64,000 bases of DNA from Cyanidioschyzon merolae (lineage: Eukaryota). Positions 63,884 to 64,000 of the stretch are shown here, in pieces. The stretch's first letter is position 1. The number at the start of each line of letters is the position of its first letter. The stretch is from assembly GCA_000091205.1 (NCBI GenBank), contig AP006502.2; one strand, written 5' to 3'. The notes below the pieces were generated by a model, which was given only the letters and a program-made list of their open reading frames with translations, searched no databases and was not told where the DNA came from. Both the position numbers and the translations under genes were made by a program.

Positions 63884-64000
63884 GGGGAACGGGCGGAGCG
63901 GGGGGAACGGAGGGAACGGGGGGAACGGAGGGAACGGGGGGAACGGGGGGAACGGGAACGGAGGGAACGGGGGAATGGAAGGAATGGGGGGAATGGGGGG
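63884..64000 (+). repeat. Telomere-like G-strand repeat array at the window end: irregular GGGGGAACG / GGAGGGAACG units grading into AATGGGGGG.
   Basis: gggggaacgggcggagcggggggaacggagggaacggggggaacgg...gggggaatggaaggaatggggggaatgggggg runs to the last base, with the G-rich strand 5-prime to 3-prime toward the end. AATGGGGGG is the telomere unit I recall for cyanidiophycean red algae. Confidence 0.6.

Overview
This 64-kb window is eukaryotic nuclear DNA, about 55-58% GC and almost free of introns, carrying densely packed housekeeping genes. Long uninterrupted ORFs encode coatomer beta-prime, a POL5/MYBBP1A-like protein, a very large USO1/p115-like golgin, a DNAJB12-type J-protein and a RelA/SpoT homolog. 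Others encode a bacterial-type RNase HII, ribosomal protein S5 (uS7), DPH1, glutaredoxin, an HVA22/REEP protein, sphingosine-1-phosphate lyase and ribulose-phosphate 3-epimerase. The remaining recognisable genes are a SpoU methyltransferase, an exosome RNase-PH subunit, a GT32 glycosyltransferase and an NDUFA4-like protein.

The window ends in an irregular G-rich array, GGGGGAACG variants running into AATGGGGGG. From memory this matches the cyanidiophycean red-alga telomere unit, so the window is probably a chromosome end of a Cyanidioschyzon-like genome. This is an inference, not a database result.

The most interesting content is a multicopy family of TnpB/Fanzor-like elements, which encode a RuvC-type nuclease of the RNA-guided class. 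One copy (45.5-48.5 kb) is nearly full length; one frame stays open for about 2.9 kb apart from three in-frame stops, it is upstream of sphingosine-1-phosphate lyase, and it carries a perfect 150-bp internal tandem expansion. A second, degenerate copy (60.5-62.9 kb) lies in the AT-richer subtelomere. Two short relics (0.1-0.6 kb and 37.5-38.2 kb) are also present. All four share a conserved non-coding module just 3-prime of the RuvC-III motif, which is a candidate omega-RNA or right-end scaffold.

Other points of note are an 83-bp minisatellite with TATA-like units upstream of the POL5-like gene, and a RelA/SpoT homolog whose hydrolase HD motif reads TE. A bacterial-type RNase HII and a ribulose-phosphate 3-epimerase both carry N-terminal presequences. 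The ORF track uses alternative start codons printed as M, so several N-termini were moved to the first plausible ATG.
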